From positions 1 to 41,146 of IMG/VR virus record IMGVR_UViG_3300032008_000011: DNA of 41,146 nt. The stretch is one strand, 5' to 3'. Shown here in pieces: positions 27,960 to 36,203 of the stretch (positions are counted from its first letter, which is position 1; the number at the start of each line of letters is the position of its first letter). The DNA is from a virus. Lineage: Duplodnaviria; Caudoviricetes. The translations under genes and the position numbers were made by a program. The notes under the pieces were generated by a model. The model was given only the letters and a program-made list of their open reading frames with translations. It was not told where the DNA came from and searched no databases.

Positions 27960-29033
27960 TTACGATGAACTTTTAATCGTAACAGTCAAGCGGTCCGACG
28001 GGTCAGCTGTACTGGTGAATTGATCAAGATCAATGCCAGCCTGTTGTGCGGCTTCGCGAAGACCTTTCACGTCGGTATTCATGCGCCCTTTGATCTGTGT
28101 CCACGACACGGAAACGCCATCACCAACGACGCTTCGCAAGTGTTTGTCCTGCAAGCGCGTCTTGATATCGTGTTGCAGTTCCCGAACGTTGCTTTCGTAT
28201 TTCTCGCTCAATGCCTGGGCAAGCTTGTATTGTTTGGCGAGATCACTGATTTCAGCGACGAACTGGGGATCGGCTTTTCCTATATTGTCCTTTGGTACAT
28301 CCCGCCTGGAATACCCACAGGCATCGCTGAACGGGCAATATGCGCATTCCTTGCCACCGGCAATCCATCCTTCCGGGGCGATCTCCCGCATACCTTCCGC
28401 CGTCATGATCATGTGAGCGCGGTTGCGAGCAGCCTCGTAATATGACGGGTCGTAGATGACTGTAAATTCCATGGTATCATTCAGGAAGCTGGCATCGGTA
28501 TAGGAAATGATCGCGCGTTCGCACGGCTGATATTCACCGAGCGCGGCCAGGATGCCCATTTGCATTTGCGCCTGGTAGACATGCTCGGGCTTGGCTTCCC
28601 GCAAATCGACCCGTGGATCAATAGTCTTGAACTCGATCAGTTGGTAATAAACCTTCGGTTGATCATGCATTTCGAGGATGCAATCGGGAGTAGCGCTGAG
28701 ATATCCATCGAAAAAGGTTTTCTGCTCGTTTCCCATGAACATCGCATATTGACCGAAATTCTTTTTCATCGCTGGCACTAGCAGATGCTTCTCGATCAGA
28801 TTGCCGCGTTCCCTTGCTCCCCATGAATCGACATAACCGGCATTGCGCGGCACGCGCAGATGCGGGTCATCCTCAAATTTCAGGCAAAAAATTTTGCGAG
28901 CGCACTGCCCGATCTCGGATGCACCGATGGTCTGTCGGCGATCGTGGACCCACTCTTTCTGTTGTTGCTTTATGTACTGGTTGACGGCTTCAGTTACGAT
29001 GGTCATTGTCTGGTTTTCCTTTTCTTTGATCAA
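27960..29033 (-). CDS. PD-(D/E)XK (Cas4-like) exonuclease
   Basis: IGASEIGQCARK, ATPD...EFKT, QAQMQM and ECAYCPFSDAC motifs. Confidence 0.8.
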   Translation of the reverse strand: MIKEKENQTMTIVTEAVNQYIKQQQKEWVHDRRQTIGASEIGQCARKIFCLKFEDDPHLRVPRNAGYVDSWGARERGNLIEKHLLVPAMKKNFGQYAMFMGNEQKTFFDGYLSATPDCILEMHDQPKVYYQLIEFKTIDPRVDLREAKPEHVYQAQMQMGILAALGEYQPCERAIISYTDASFLNDTMEFTVIYDPSYYEAARNRAHMIMTAEGMREIAPEGWIAGGKECAYCPFSDACGYSRRDVPKDNIGKADPQFVAEISDLAKQYKLAQALSEKYESNVRELQHDIKTRLQDKHLRSVVGDGVSVSWTQIKGRMNTDVKGLREAAQQAGIDLDQFTSTADPSDRLTVTIKSSS

Positions 29034-29596
29034 TCTGCCGTGCCTTCGGCGTGATGAACGCGCTCTTTCAGTTCCTCGACCAGTGCGTAAAGGAGACTGT
29101 TGTCGGCCTTCAGCTTCTCGATGCCTCGGCTAAGATGGTGTTTGTCGAATGGTCCGCCGTTCAGCGAGTGAAAATATCCATGCGATCCGTAGAGCGAATT
29201 GTTCGCCTCGATGACTAGCTGCCGGGCTTCATCGCGCTCACGTTCGCATTCTGCCGGTATCTGGCAAAGCCTGCTCAGCGAGCGGATGGCCTCGGCTGCT
29301 ATTCGGGCCGTATCTGGGTGAGGCGTTACTCCGTAGATCGCCCTAAAGCCGCGCAACGCTCTCTCGACCTGTGCGCGGAGCTGCGCCACACGTTCCAAGG
29401 CCCGTTCTTGCGGGTCACACGGCAGGCCGACGTTCTGGCAGCGGCCATTGCAGTCGGCGCAATCCCGACAGTGCGGCTCCGGGCCTCCGGCAATCGCCTG
29501 CCAAAGCGCAAGATTGTTCTGATGCGACGCCTTGAGCTTCGCCATCAGCTCGACATTGGTCTCGCCAAGCTTGATAGTGTCCTGGTTAACTTTCAT
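29030..29596 (-). CDS. Hypothetical protein
   Basis: 188 aa; CRDCADCNGRC cluster; coupled to the exonuclease gene. Confidence 0.6.
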   Translation of the reverse strand: MKVNQDTIKLGETNVELMAKLKASHQNNLALWQAIAGGPEPHCRDCADCNGRCQNVGLPCDPQERALERVAQLRAQVERALRGFRAIYGVTPHPDTARIAAEAIRSLSRLCQIPAECERERDEARQLVIEANNSLYGSHGYFHSLNGGPFDKHHLSRGIEKLKADNSLLYALVEELKERVHHAEGTAD

Positions 29597-30053
29597 GTGT
29601 TTCTTCCGGTTTGAGTTTACTTCTCACGATTTGAAAGATCGTTGGTTCTTCCCATGGCAAGGCATCATCGATCGGCGGTAGTCCGTTGCAGATACGCAAT
29701 TCGACGATTGCATCATCTATCAGTGACAACACCATGTGCCTTACGTCGGCATTTGCATTAAGCCAATCGAGGCTCGCAAGCAAGTCGAGTAGCCGATTCC
29801 CTTCATTAATTCTAAGAGAGCGAAGCAAGGTCTTGATTTGCCGGATTTGTGGACCATGCGGTCCATCCAGCATTCGTTCAAGTTCTGCTCTGTCCCATTT
29901 GTTAGCACGAGAGACTTGCTTGTTGCGCTCATCCAACGCCTTTTCGACGCCGGTCCGGACCATCGGCGCCTGGCGATCGGATTTGACGACCTTTGGATGC
30001 GACGGTTTCTTGCGATTCGAGATGCTGTCAGCAAAGTCGAGATAGGCGTTCAT
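29586..30053 (-). CDS. Hypothetical protein (MNAYLDF...)
   Basis: ATG 30053 overlaps the stop of 30050..30211; GLPPIDDALPW motif. Confidence 0.65.
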   Translation of the reverse strand: MNAYLDFADSISNRKKPSHPKVVKSDRQAPMVRTGVEKALDERNKQVSRANKWDRAELERMLDGPHGPQIRQIKTLLRSLRINEGNRLLDLLASLDWLNANADVRHMVLSLIDDAIVELRICNGLPPIDDALPWEEPTIFQIVRSKLKPEETHES

Positions 30054-30211
30054 GATTTTTTCTTCATGACAACAGGGATAGTGATGAATGCTACATTGGA
30101 ACACGGCCGAATGTCGTCAAGTTCGACATCGACATTACGTTTTTTCAGGTAATCCCTGATGGCTTGCTTGACCTCGTTTTGATCAAGGGTCATCCATCCT
30201 TCTATTTTCAT
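30050..30211 (-). CDS. 53-aa hypothetical protein
   Basis: ATGA overlaps at both ends. Confidence 0.5.
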   Translation of the reverse strand: MKIEGWMTLDQNEVKQAIRDYLKKRNVDVELDDIRPCSNVAFITIPVVMKKKS

Positions 30212-30285
30212 AACCACAACCCTGCAAATTCATATCCGACTATGAAGCCGATCAGAAAGCCAGTCCACAGGATGAAGGGTTTCAT
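30208..30285 (-). CDS. 25-aa hydrophobic peptide
   Basis: MKPFILWTGFLIGFIVGYEFAGLWL; GGAG RBS; ATGA overlaps at both ends. Confidence 0.4.
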   Translation of the reverse strand: MKPFILWTGFLIGFIVGYEFAGLWL

Positions 30286-30391
30286 GTCTGGTTCTCCAAG
30301 CTCATGATTGCCCTGCCGATGATTTCCGGGATTTGCGGGACGACGGCTCCGGCTTAATGTTGATGTCCAGGAATTGATCGAGGACATTCAT
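30282..30391 (-). pseudogene. Internally deleted DNA cytosine-5 methyltransferase remnant
   Basis: Start MNVLD (motif I onset) and end AVVPQIPEIIGRAIMSLENQT* (motif X) joined by a 29-bp filler. Confidence 0.7.
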
Positions 30392-30548
30392 TTAGCTTTC
30401 CATCTGAAAAAAGAGCCATCGCCCGATTGGCGAGCGATGGCTTGTAGTTCTAGGGAGGAAACGCCTTGAGGCGTGGTGTGGAGTTAGCCCGCTAGGAAGG
30501 TTCCTGCAATATAGTATTTTTACTGGGTTGCGCATCCCAGACATGCTG

Positions 30549-30848
30549 TCACCGTGACCACGTCTTCTGGCCTTCTTTCCGTCGCTCGATCTCGTCCGCC
30601 CTTGCCCTAAGCTTGTCGGCCTCGGCCTTGCGCAACTCGGCATTGTAGGCGTCTATGATGTCTTTCGGGAATGCGTCTATGACCTTCTTGGCATATTCCC
30701 GCTGGTCTCTATAGCCCTCCACATCGCCGCCATAGCAGACGGCATCCATGCACATCATATCAGCCCAGAATTTCGAGTGGGCGAGCTTGCCCAAAACCTT
30801 GCGCTGCTCCGCGATCGTCATCCGTCTCATGCTTAATATCCCCGCCAC
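30549..30848 (-). CDS. Hypothetical protein
   Basis: Co-oriented, with C-terminal coiled coil; start probably about 30830. Confidence 0.55.
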   Translation of the reverse strand: MAGILSMRRMTIAEQRKVLGKLAHSKFWADMMCMDAVCYGGDVEGYRDQREYAKKVIDAFPKDIIDAYNAELRKAEADKLRARADEIERRKEGQKTWSR

Positions 30849-30984
30849 AGTGATTAGGTATCGAGACTGCTGTCATCGATGGGCATAGGGCAGCGTCTGC
30901 GTCTCGTGCGTTGCCCATGCCGGCCGGACGTATCAACTCTTCAAGGGTTGGCATCCTCACTCTCCTCGTCGCACTGTTGACGTC

Positions 30985-31170
30985 CTACTTCACGTCCTCG
31001 GGCTTAAGATCTAGCCGGATCATCAGCCGCAGAAGCTTAGCCACGGGCTCAGGCGGCCCCTTGGCTGCATAATTCTGCCCAGTCCTAGCAGAGACGCCGA
31101 GCCATTCGCCGGCGCCCTCCTGCGTCAGCCCGAGCCGATCGATTGCGGCTCGGTATTGTTTGGGGGTCAT
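30985..31170 (-). CDS. XRE-like HTH transcriptional regulator
   Basis: LGLTQEGAGEWLGVSARTGQNY...PPEPVAKLLRL. Confidence 0.8.
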   Translation of the reverse strand: MTPKQYRAAIDRLGLTQEGAGEWLGVSARTGQNYAAKGPPEPVAKLLRLMIRLDLKPEDVK

Positions 31171-31406
31171 TGTCGTGGCGTGGCAATGTGTGCAGCGCCG
31201 TCCATAAAAGCTGCCCGCATGGCTCGATGCTCGGCCGTATCCTCCGGCCAGCGATAACAGGCGGCCTCTGATGCGCTAAGGCGAGCCGTATGTTCGGTCC
31301 GCTGGGCTATCCGCATCAGATCAAGCGCGGCGTCATGGATTTGTGCTGTGCCCTCATCGTTTGCCAATTGCAGCAGGCGCTCGGCCAAATCGGCTAGTTC
31401 GGTCAT
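31167..31406 (-). CDS. Hypothetical protein
   Basis: 79 aa; ATGA-coupled to the HTH gene. Confidence 0.6.
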   Translation of the reverse strand: MTELADLAERLLQLANDEGTAQIHDAALDLMRIAQRTEHTARLSASEAACYRWPEDTAEHRAMRAAFMDGAAHIATPRQ

Positions 31407-31443
31407 TTCATGTCTTCCTGCTTGTATCGGGATCGGGTGAGTG

Positions 31444-31593
31444 TCATTTCTGACCCTCTTGGAGTTTTTGGAGGGCCGCTTGGGCCTCTTCTTTGGAAAA
31501 GAAGGTTTTGGAGACGGCGCGGCATCCGCCGCGGACGGTTTCGAAAACCGTGTGGTTGTTATTGAAGGAACCGATGAAGATCTTGCGGGTCAT
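31444..31593 (-). CDS. 49-aa hypothetical protein
   Basis: GGAG RBS before ATG 31593, just downstream of a promoter. Confidence 0.6.
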   Translation of the reverse strand: MTRKIFIGSFNNNHTVFETVRGGCRAVSKTFFSKEEAQAALQKLQEGQK

Positions 31594-31620
31594 TTGCTTG
31601 CTCCGTTGTTGATGAAAACA

Positions 31621-31658
31621 ATATACGCAATCTTTGCGTACTACGCAAGTCTTTCGTA
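31621..31658 (-). promoter_or_regulatory. Sigma70-like promoter overlapped by TACGCAA operator half-sites
   Basis: CTTGCG-N17-GTATAT; TACGCAA at 31624 and 31642, TTGCGTA at 31634, TTTCGTA at 31652. Confidence 0.6.
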
Positions 31659-31880
31659 TCTGTATTGTCATCACGAAATGTTACAAGCATCGAGGCATCC
31701 TCACTCTCCGCATCTCACCGCGACTTAGCCATCTTTACGCGGGCGTGCTGCTCTCGGAATGACCGGAATTCCTCTGGGGTAGTCATCGGCTTGCGGTTAG
31801 GCACTTTTCCTTTTTCCTTAAACCGAGGAGTGCTGATCCGATGATCAGAAAACAAATGAACAAAATCACGAACTCGCCAC

Positions 31881-32243
31881 TCATGTTATGACTTCCTTTT
31901 TGAGAATATTCCACGCCTTGAAGATCTTGATTGCTTCATCGAGATCGCGTGCCATCGCCCAACGATGGCCAAGCGCCATGACCTTGACGCCAAAGCCGAC
32001 TTGCTCCTCGCTCAACCGACCCTTGCTGCTTTTCAATTCCAGATAGGCGCTCTTACCGTCATCCAACACGAAATGCAGATCTGGAACACCTGGTAATACG
32101 CCGGCCGCCTTCAGCTTGGCCGCGACGACCGGATTGCGCAGTCCACCATTCGGCACCGCATACCAGATCAGATCCGGCTTGATGTTGATGTCCAGGAATT
32201 GCTTGATGCTCTCCTGCAATTTCTGTTCAGGATGCTGTCTCAT
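31881..32243 (-). CDS. VRR-NUC domain nuclease
   Basis: EQKLQ...AVPNGG...GVLPGVPDL...YLELKSSKGRLSEEQ. Confidence 0.9.
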   Translation of the reverse strand: MRQHPEQKLQESIKQFLDINIKPDLIWYAVPNGGLRNPVVAAKLKAAGVLPGVPDLHFVLDDGKSAYLELKSSKGRLSEEQVGFGVKVMALGHRWAMARDLDEAIKIFKAWNILKKEVIT

Positions 32244-32467
32244 TCAATGTCCTGCTTGAGCAGTTTCTTGATAAGTGCCGGTTGCGCCATGAGAGCGCTA
32301 ACCTTGTCGAAAACATCCAAGGAGGGTGACCGCCCTTGTCGCAGTTTGAAAACGAAACTCGGGTCAGCCATCGCTATACGCCCAAATGTCGATGGCGCGA
32401 TTTCATGCTTGGCGATGAACTGTTCGACTTTTTCAAGGAATTTTTCTGCACTTTCTGCCATAGTCAT
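32240..32467 (-). CDS. Cro-like HTH regulator
   Basis: IAPSTFGRIAMADPSFVFKLRQGRSPSL; first gene of the replication operon. Confidence 0.7.
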   Translation of the reverse strand: MTMAESAEKFLEKVEQFIAKHEIAPSTFGRIAMADPSFVFKLRQGRSPSLDVFDKVSALMAQPALIKKLLKQDIE

Positions 32468-32665
32468 TAACCTACACTACCTGGAGGGATATAGCAAGAA
32501 AGATACAAAGGTTAACGAGGGGAGGCAACGGTCAAATTTTTGGCTCATTGTGGTATTTGGATATTAGTGCTAAAAGAAGCTTCTTTAGACGAGGCTGAGT
32601 AAGGTTGTTTTTCACAAGATGATCTGATAGTATTTTCTCGCTTCAGTTCCAGTGTGATGCTTCAA

Positions 32666-32708
32666 ACCGGATCTCCGTCTGACCCTTTCGGAGATCCGGT
32701 CTTTTTTT
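32666..32708. terminator. Strong hairpin terminator, possibly bidirectional
   Basis: ACCGGATCTCCG...CGGAGATCCGGT, followed by CTTTTTTT on +; directly after the stop of 32707..32889 on -. Confidence 0.7.
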
Positions 32709-32889
32709 ATTTCTTTTTTAGTGATGATAGTGGTGGATATTTCTTGCCTTCATGAACTCGCGCTGGCAGTTTTCCTGGCTTGTCGGCCGCGACGAATTCC
32801 TTGCCGACTTTTTGCGGAATTCCGATATTGCTCTTGCCGCTTGCTGCGGCGTACATGGCCTTCCTTTGGGCGATCGATACAGGGGGCAT
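32707..32889 (-). CDS. 60-aa basic hypothetical protein
   Basis: GGAG RBS; [16 protein letters not shown]...[14 protein letters not shown]. Confidence 0.7.
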   Translation of the reverse strand: MPPVSIAQRKAMYAAASGKSNIGIPQKVGKEFVAADKPGKLPARVHEGKKYPPLSSLKKK

Positions 32890-32926
32890 TTGACATCTCC
32901 GTTTCTAGTGGTATGTTAAATGTCTT

Positions 32927-33484
32927 ATGAGAAAAGGTCAACGAACCAGAGAGCAAAATATTTGCGCATGCGGTTGCGGACATCTTGCGCCTATCAAATA
33001 CACTCGTAATGGGCGAGTGCAGTGTTATACTAAATTTGTGCCTGGTCATGGTAACAAGGACTGGGGCAAACGGATGAAAGCTTTACCAGTCGGTGCATTG
33101 GATCATTTGCCTCTTGGTAGTACTCGCATTCATTTTTCAACTCCAACATTGCCATATCGACAGATAAAAGTTGGTCCAGGTGGTAAAGGCTGGCGCTTTG
33201 AGCATCGTCATCTAATGGAAAAGCATCTCGGTCGTGCTTTATTGCGGTCGGAACATGTTCATCACAAAAACCACGATACTCTCGATAACAGACTAGAAAA
33301 TCTTCAGCTGTTGACTCATTCAGATCACAGTAAACTTCATCACAAATTTGAAGGATGGTCTAAAAAATTCAGCCAGTGTAAAGGATGTAAAACCAGAGAG
33401 AGAAAGCACGAAGGACATGGCTTATGCACCGCGTGCTTTCAGCGCTGGAAATACAAACTATATGGTCCGCCTAAAAGATATTGA
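32927..33484 (+). CDS. HNH homing endonuclease
   Basis: CACGCG N-terminus; FEHRHLME...EHVHHKNHDTLDNRLENLQL; C-terminal CKGC...HGLCTAC. Confidence 0.9.
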   Translation: MRKGQRTREQNICACGCGHLAPIKYTRNGRVQCYTKFVPGHGNKDWGKRMKALPVGALDHLPLGSTRIHFSTPTLPYRQIKVGPGGKGWRFEHRHLMEKHLGRALLRSEHVHHKNHDTLDNRLENLQLLTHSDHSKLHHKFEGWSKKFSQCKGCKTRERKHEGHGLCTACFQRWKYKLYGPPKRY

Positions 33485-33508
33485 CTGTTGTTGACTGACG
33501 GGAGGCAT
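33485..33508 (-). pseudogene. Orphan original N-terminus (MPPVSQQQ) of 32707..32889
   Basis: GGAG RBS plus 8 codons, abutting the HNH stop codon. Confidence 0.7.
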
Positions 33509-33509
33509 T

Positions 33510-33665
33510 TCAATCTCCTTCCTTGCACATTTCATCCCAACATTCTGTATGGAAGACCCAATCGGCGATGAGAACATTGTGTGGCTCGGACACAAATCCT
33601 CCATCCCATTTGTAGCTGACAGGTTTTTTGCAATATGGACAAGATGCTACATGATCATTGTTCAT
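33510..33665 (-). CDS. 51-aa Zn-finger-like protein
   Basis: CPYC...FHTECW; ATGA-coupled. Confidence 0.55.
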   Translation of the reverse strand: MNNDHVASCPYCKKPVSYKWDGGFVSEPHNVLIADWVFHTECWDEMCKEGD

Positions 33666-33820
33666 CTTGCCTTCGCCTCGTAACGAGCTAATTGCAATTC
33701 AATAAAAGCTTGTTTTCGTTCCTCATAATCGATTGGTGTGTTCATCATTTCGAGCATGCGAACGTATTCCTGCTTTTTAAAGGTCTCCGCAGCTAGTTTT
33801 TTAATGTCATCTGGATTCAT
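33662..33820 (-). CDS. 52-aa hypothetical protein
   Basis: GAGG RBS; coupled to the next gene. Confidence 0.5.
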   Translation of the reverse strand: MNPDDIKKLAAETFKKQEYVRMLEMMNTPIDYEERKQAFIELQLARYEAKAR

Positions 33821-33832
33821 CGTTTTCGTTCC

Positions 33833-34258
33833 TCATCGTTGCTTCATTTCATAATAGCACATCGCATGATGATGCGAGCAATACGGTGATTTTTCTCGGC
33901 TCGGTGCACCACAGAACAGATGATATCTGGTATGGTCCGGCGTTACCGGGAAATGGCAGCGTTGATCAGTTAGTTTGAGGACCGAGATCGGGCAATGATT
34001 GGGAAGCTGGCGTCTGAGCTTGCGTCTGGTATGCTTGATTGCCGGCACGATCCTCGGCGCGTTAAGGATGACACTTGGCTCTGACTTCGGATGAGCCGGC
34101 TCATCCGATCCCTGTAATCCCTGTAACCCCATGCGTCTGATCTTTCCGATGACAGAGTTGCGTGTGATGCCGATCATTGCGGCGATCTTGGTAGATGTAT
34201 GCCCTTCCCGCCAAAGCTTCTCGACCAGTGCCTTGTCGTCAGTCGTCCATTTTCTCAT
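33833..34258 (-). CDS. gcrA: GcrA cell-cycle regulator homolog
   Basis: WT....LW.EG.T...IA..IGITRNSVIGKIRRMGL and L...CHFPV...FCG...PYC..H; ATG 34258 overlaps the upstream stop. Confidence 0.85.
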   Translation of the reverse strand: MRKWTTDDKALVEKLWREGHTSTKIAAMIGITRNSVIGKIRRMGLQGLQGSDEPAHPKSEPSVILNAPRIVPAIKHTRRKLRRQLPNHCPISVLKLTDQRCHFPVTPDHTRYHLFCGAPSREKSPYCSHHHAMCYYEMKQR

Positions 34259-34482
34259 TGTTCTTCCATTTCCTGTTCTGCAATATCTACGTCGATTTTC
34301 CAATCGATTCCCAATTCATCCAGGAAGTTTCGCGCTCTAGCCTGTGCATTCTTTCCAGTGATTGGCTTTCCCCTATAACCACGTGCTATTGATTTTGCCA
34401 GTAGAGTCAGTTGATATTGCGTCCAATAGGCAGTTTTCTTATCACTCATTTCATTTCTCCAACTTTCTTTCAACTGTTGCAA
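34255..34482 (-). CDS. Hypothetical protein
   Basis: Coupled to gcrA; start probably about 34449 (GGAG RBS). Confidence 0.55.
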   Translation of the reverse strand: MQQLKESWRNEMSDKKTAYWTQYQLTLLAKSIARGYRGKPITGKNAQARARNFLDELGIDWKIDVDIAEQEMEEQ

Positions 34483-34567
34483 AAAAACACTAGCGTAATG
34501 CCAACGAATCAGTCATAGGGAATAGGCTACTTCAAAACGCATCACACTTCAAAGGGGAATTTCGCAC

Positions 34568-35494
34568 ATGAAAAAGATCTGGATTGCTGCCATCTGCACA
34601 GTGGCAGTAAATGGCTCTGTGTGGGCCGGAAATGAGCAGGTTGCCCAAGTCCCTCATCAGCATCCGGCACCGGTTGGCAGCTCCAACGCCACATCCAACG
34701 CGACCGGTGTCGGCATCTCAAGCTCACAATCGACGGCAGGCGCGGTTGCGATCTCGGGCCAAGGCGGCCAGGGTGGTGCGGGAGGAGCAGGTGGTCGAGC
34801 CAACAGCCGCTCCAATGCGACAGGAGGCACCGCTGTGGCTGCCGGAGGCAATGTCAGCATTGGCGGCGCTCCAGCCACGACCTCCAATGTCACCAGCGTT
34901 CACAACTCAGGCTCGGTTTCCAATGTTCCGGCCGTCTTTGCGCCAGGCCTGGCAGCTGCAGGTCTCGAAACCTGTCTCGGATCGGTTAGCGTCGGTGCCT
35001 CATGGCTCGGAACGGGTCTTACTGGTGGCGGCAGTATTCCTGATCCCGGGTGCGCTGCTCGTCTTGATAGCCGCACTCTATGGGCTATGGGTTTGCGCCG
35101 TGCGGCTGTGGCGAGGTTATGCCTCCAGACAGATATCTATCGGTCAATGCCGGAGGTTTGCGCGCTCTACATACCGGTTCAGACCGAGTATGGGGTGGCT
35201 CCGGTCGCTGTTCGGCCGCAAGCCATCCTTTCCGCCAGAGCCATTGCCTCGGCCAATGATGGTTCGATCTTGCTAGTGAATGGAAAAACTGGCAAAGAGC
35301 AACTCTGCAATAATTACGACGCGCCTGCACAAAAGTGCATGCATTGGGATGGCCAGCCACCCATGAACGTCGCCCACCGTTCATCGAAGCCGCGTAACAG
35401 TATCGCTTCGAAGAAACCAGCAGCTCCGGCTCCAGCCGTTGCTGCTGGAACGACAGCTTCAGCGGTCGCTGCGGCTGAACCAAAGAAGGATTAG
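34568..35494 (+). CDS. Exported Gly/Ser/Ala-rich protein with Cys-containing domain
   Basis: Signal peptide MKKIWIAAICTVAVNGSVWA; ETCLGSVSVG...PGCAARLDSRTL...VARLC. Confidence 0.75.
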   Translation: MKKIWIAAICTVAVNGSVWAGNEQVAQVPHQHPAPVGSSNATSNATGVGISSSQSTAGAVAISGQGGQGGAGGAGGRANSRSNATGGTAVAAGGNVSIGGAPATTSNVTSVHNSGSVSNVPAVFAPGLAAAGLETCLGSVSVGASWLGTGLTGGGSIPDPGCAARLDSRTLWAMGLRRAAVARLCLQTDIYRSMPEVCALYIPVQTEYGVAPVAVRPQAILSARAIASANDGSILLVNGKTGKEQLCNNYDAPAQKCMHWDGQPPMNVAHRSSKPRNSIASKKPAAPAPAVAAGTTASAVAAAEPKKD

Positions 35495-35501
35495 TCTTAA
35501 C

Positions 35502-35870
35502 ATGAAGAAAATTATCTTTGGAGTATCTATCCTCGCATTGGTACTCAGCGTTTCTTCGGCCAATGCAGCGTCTACGCTGGCGGTTGCCGGTTCTGGCGGC
35601 ACTAATATCGGTACCGCCGCGGGGGCTACCACCTCTCACGGTCTCGGCGGCGCAGTGGTTGGTGCGGCTGGCGTGAGCGCTGGTACCTCCGCTGGTGTTG
35701 CGGTTGCGACTCCGGTTGGTGGGCTCTCGGCGGGCATCGGTCAGACCAATAATTTTGGTGCTGCCGGTGGTTTGGCTGGAGGTATCCTTGGCGGCGGCGG
35801 CAGCTTTGTCGGTGCCGGCGCAGGGACGGGGGTCAATGTGGGAGGTGGATTCACGAATCATACGCCATAA
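35502..35870 (+). CDS. Exported Gly/Ala-rich low-complexity protein
   Basis: AAGGA RBS; signal peptide MKKIIFGVSILALVLSVSSANA; mature part has no K, R, D or E. Confidence 0.75.
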   Translation: MKKIIFGVSILALVLSVSSANAASTLAVAGSGGTNIGTAAGATTSHGLGGAVVGAAGVSAGTSAGVAVATPVGGLSAGIGQTNNFGAAGGLAGGILGGGGSFVGAGAGTGVNVGGGFTNHTP

Positions 35871-35884
35871 GAAAGAAAATCAGT

Positions 35885-36202
35885 TCAGTTGCGTATGCGT
35901 TTGACTTTATCAGCAAGCATTTGTCCAAGTTGACTTGCTGATTTGCCCTCCTGGCGATGCCCCTGCCAGGAGGGCTTTTTAATGACATTGATTCGATAGA
36001 TGGATATGGCTTCGCGAGGAGATCCCCATGCCTTGAAAGGAACATCTCTTTGGGAATTTTCAAGAGCTATCTGTTCGAATCTTTCCCGTTCTTCCCGGCT
36101 ATAGTGAGCCGAATAACGGTAAATTCCATCCACGTCATAAACGCGAATGTAATAAGTATCTCGCCAAAGGTGCTTGCGCTTGCCGGAAAAGACGGTTCTC
36201 AT
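35885..36202 (-). CDS. Hypothetical protein
   Basis: 105 aa; last gene of the lysis operon. Confidence 0.55.
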   Translation of the reverse strand: MRTVFSGKRKHLWRDTYYIRVYDVDGIYRYSAHYSREERERFEQIALENSQRDVPFKAWGSPREAISIYRINVIKKPSWQGHRQEGKSASQLGQMLADKVKRIRN

Positions 36203-36203
36203 T

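Noticed and set aside
27960-29033. Cas4-like protein as part of a CRISPR system
   Set aside because: Context (SSB, primase) fits a common phage recombination exonuclease
35085-35861. 258-aa minus-strand ORF and 34611..35276 alternate frame
   Set aside because: Shadows of the two signal-peptide genes, which have RBSs and coherent composition
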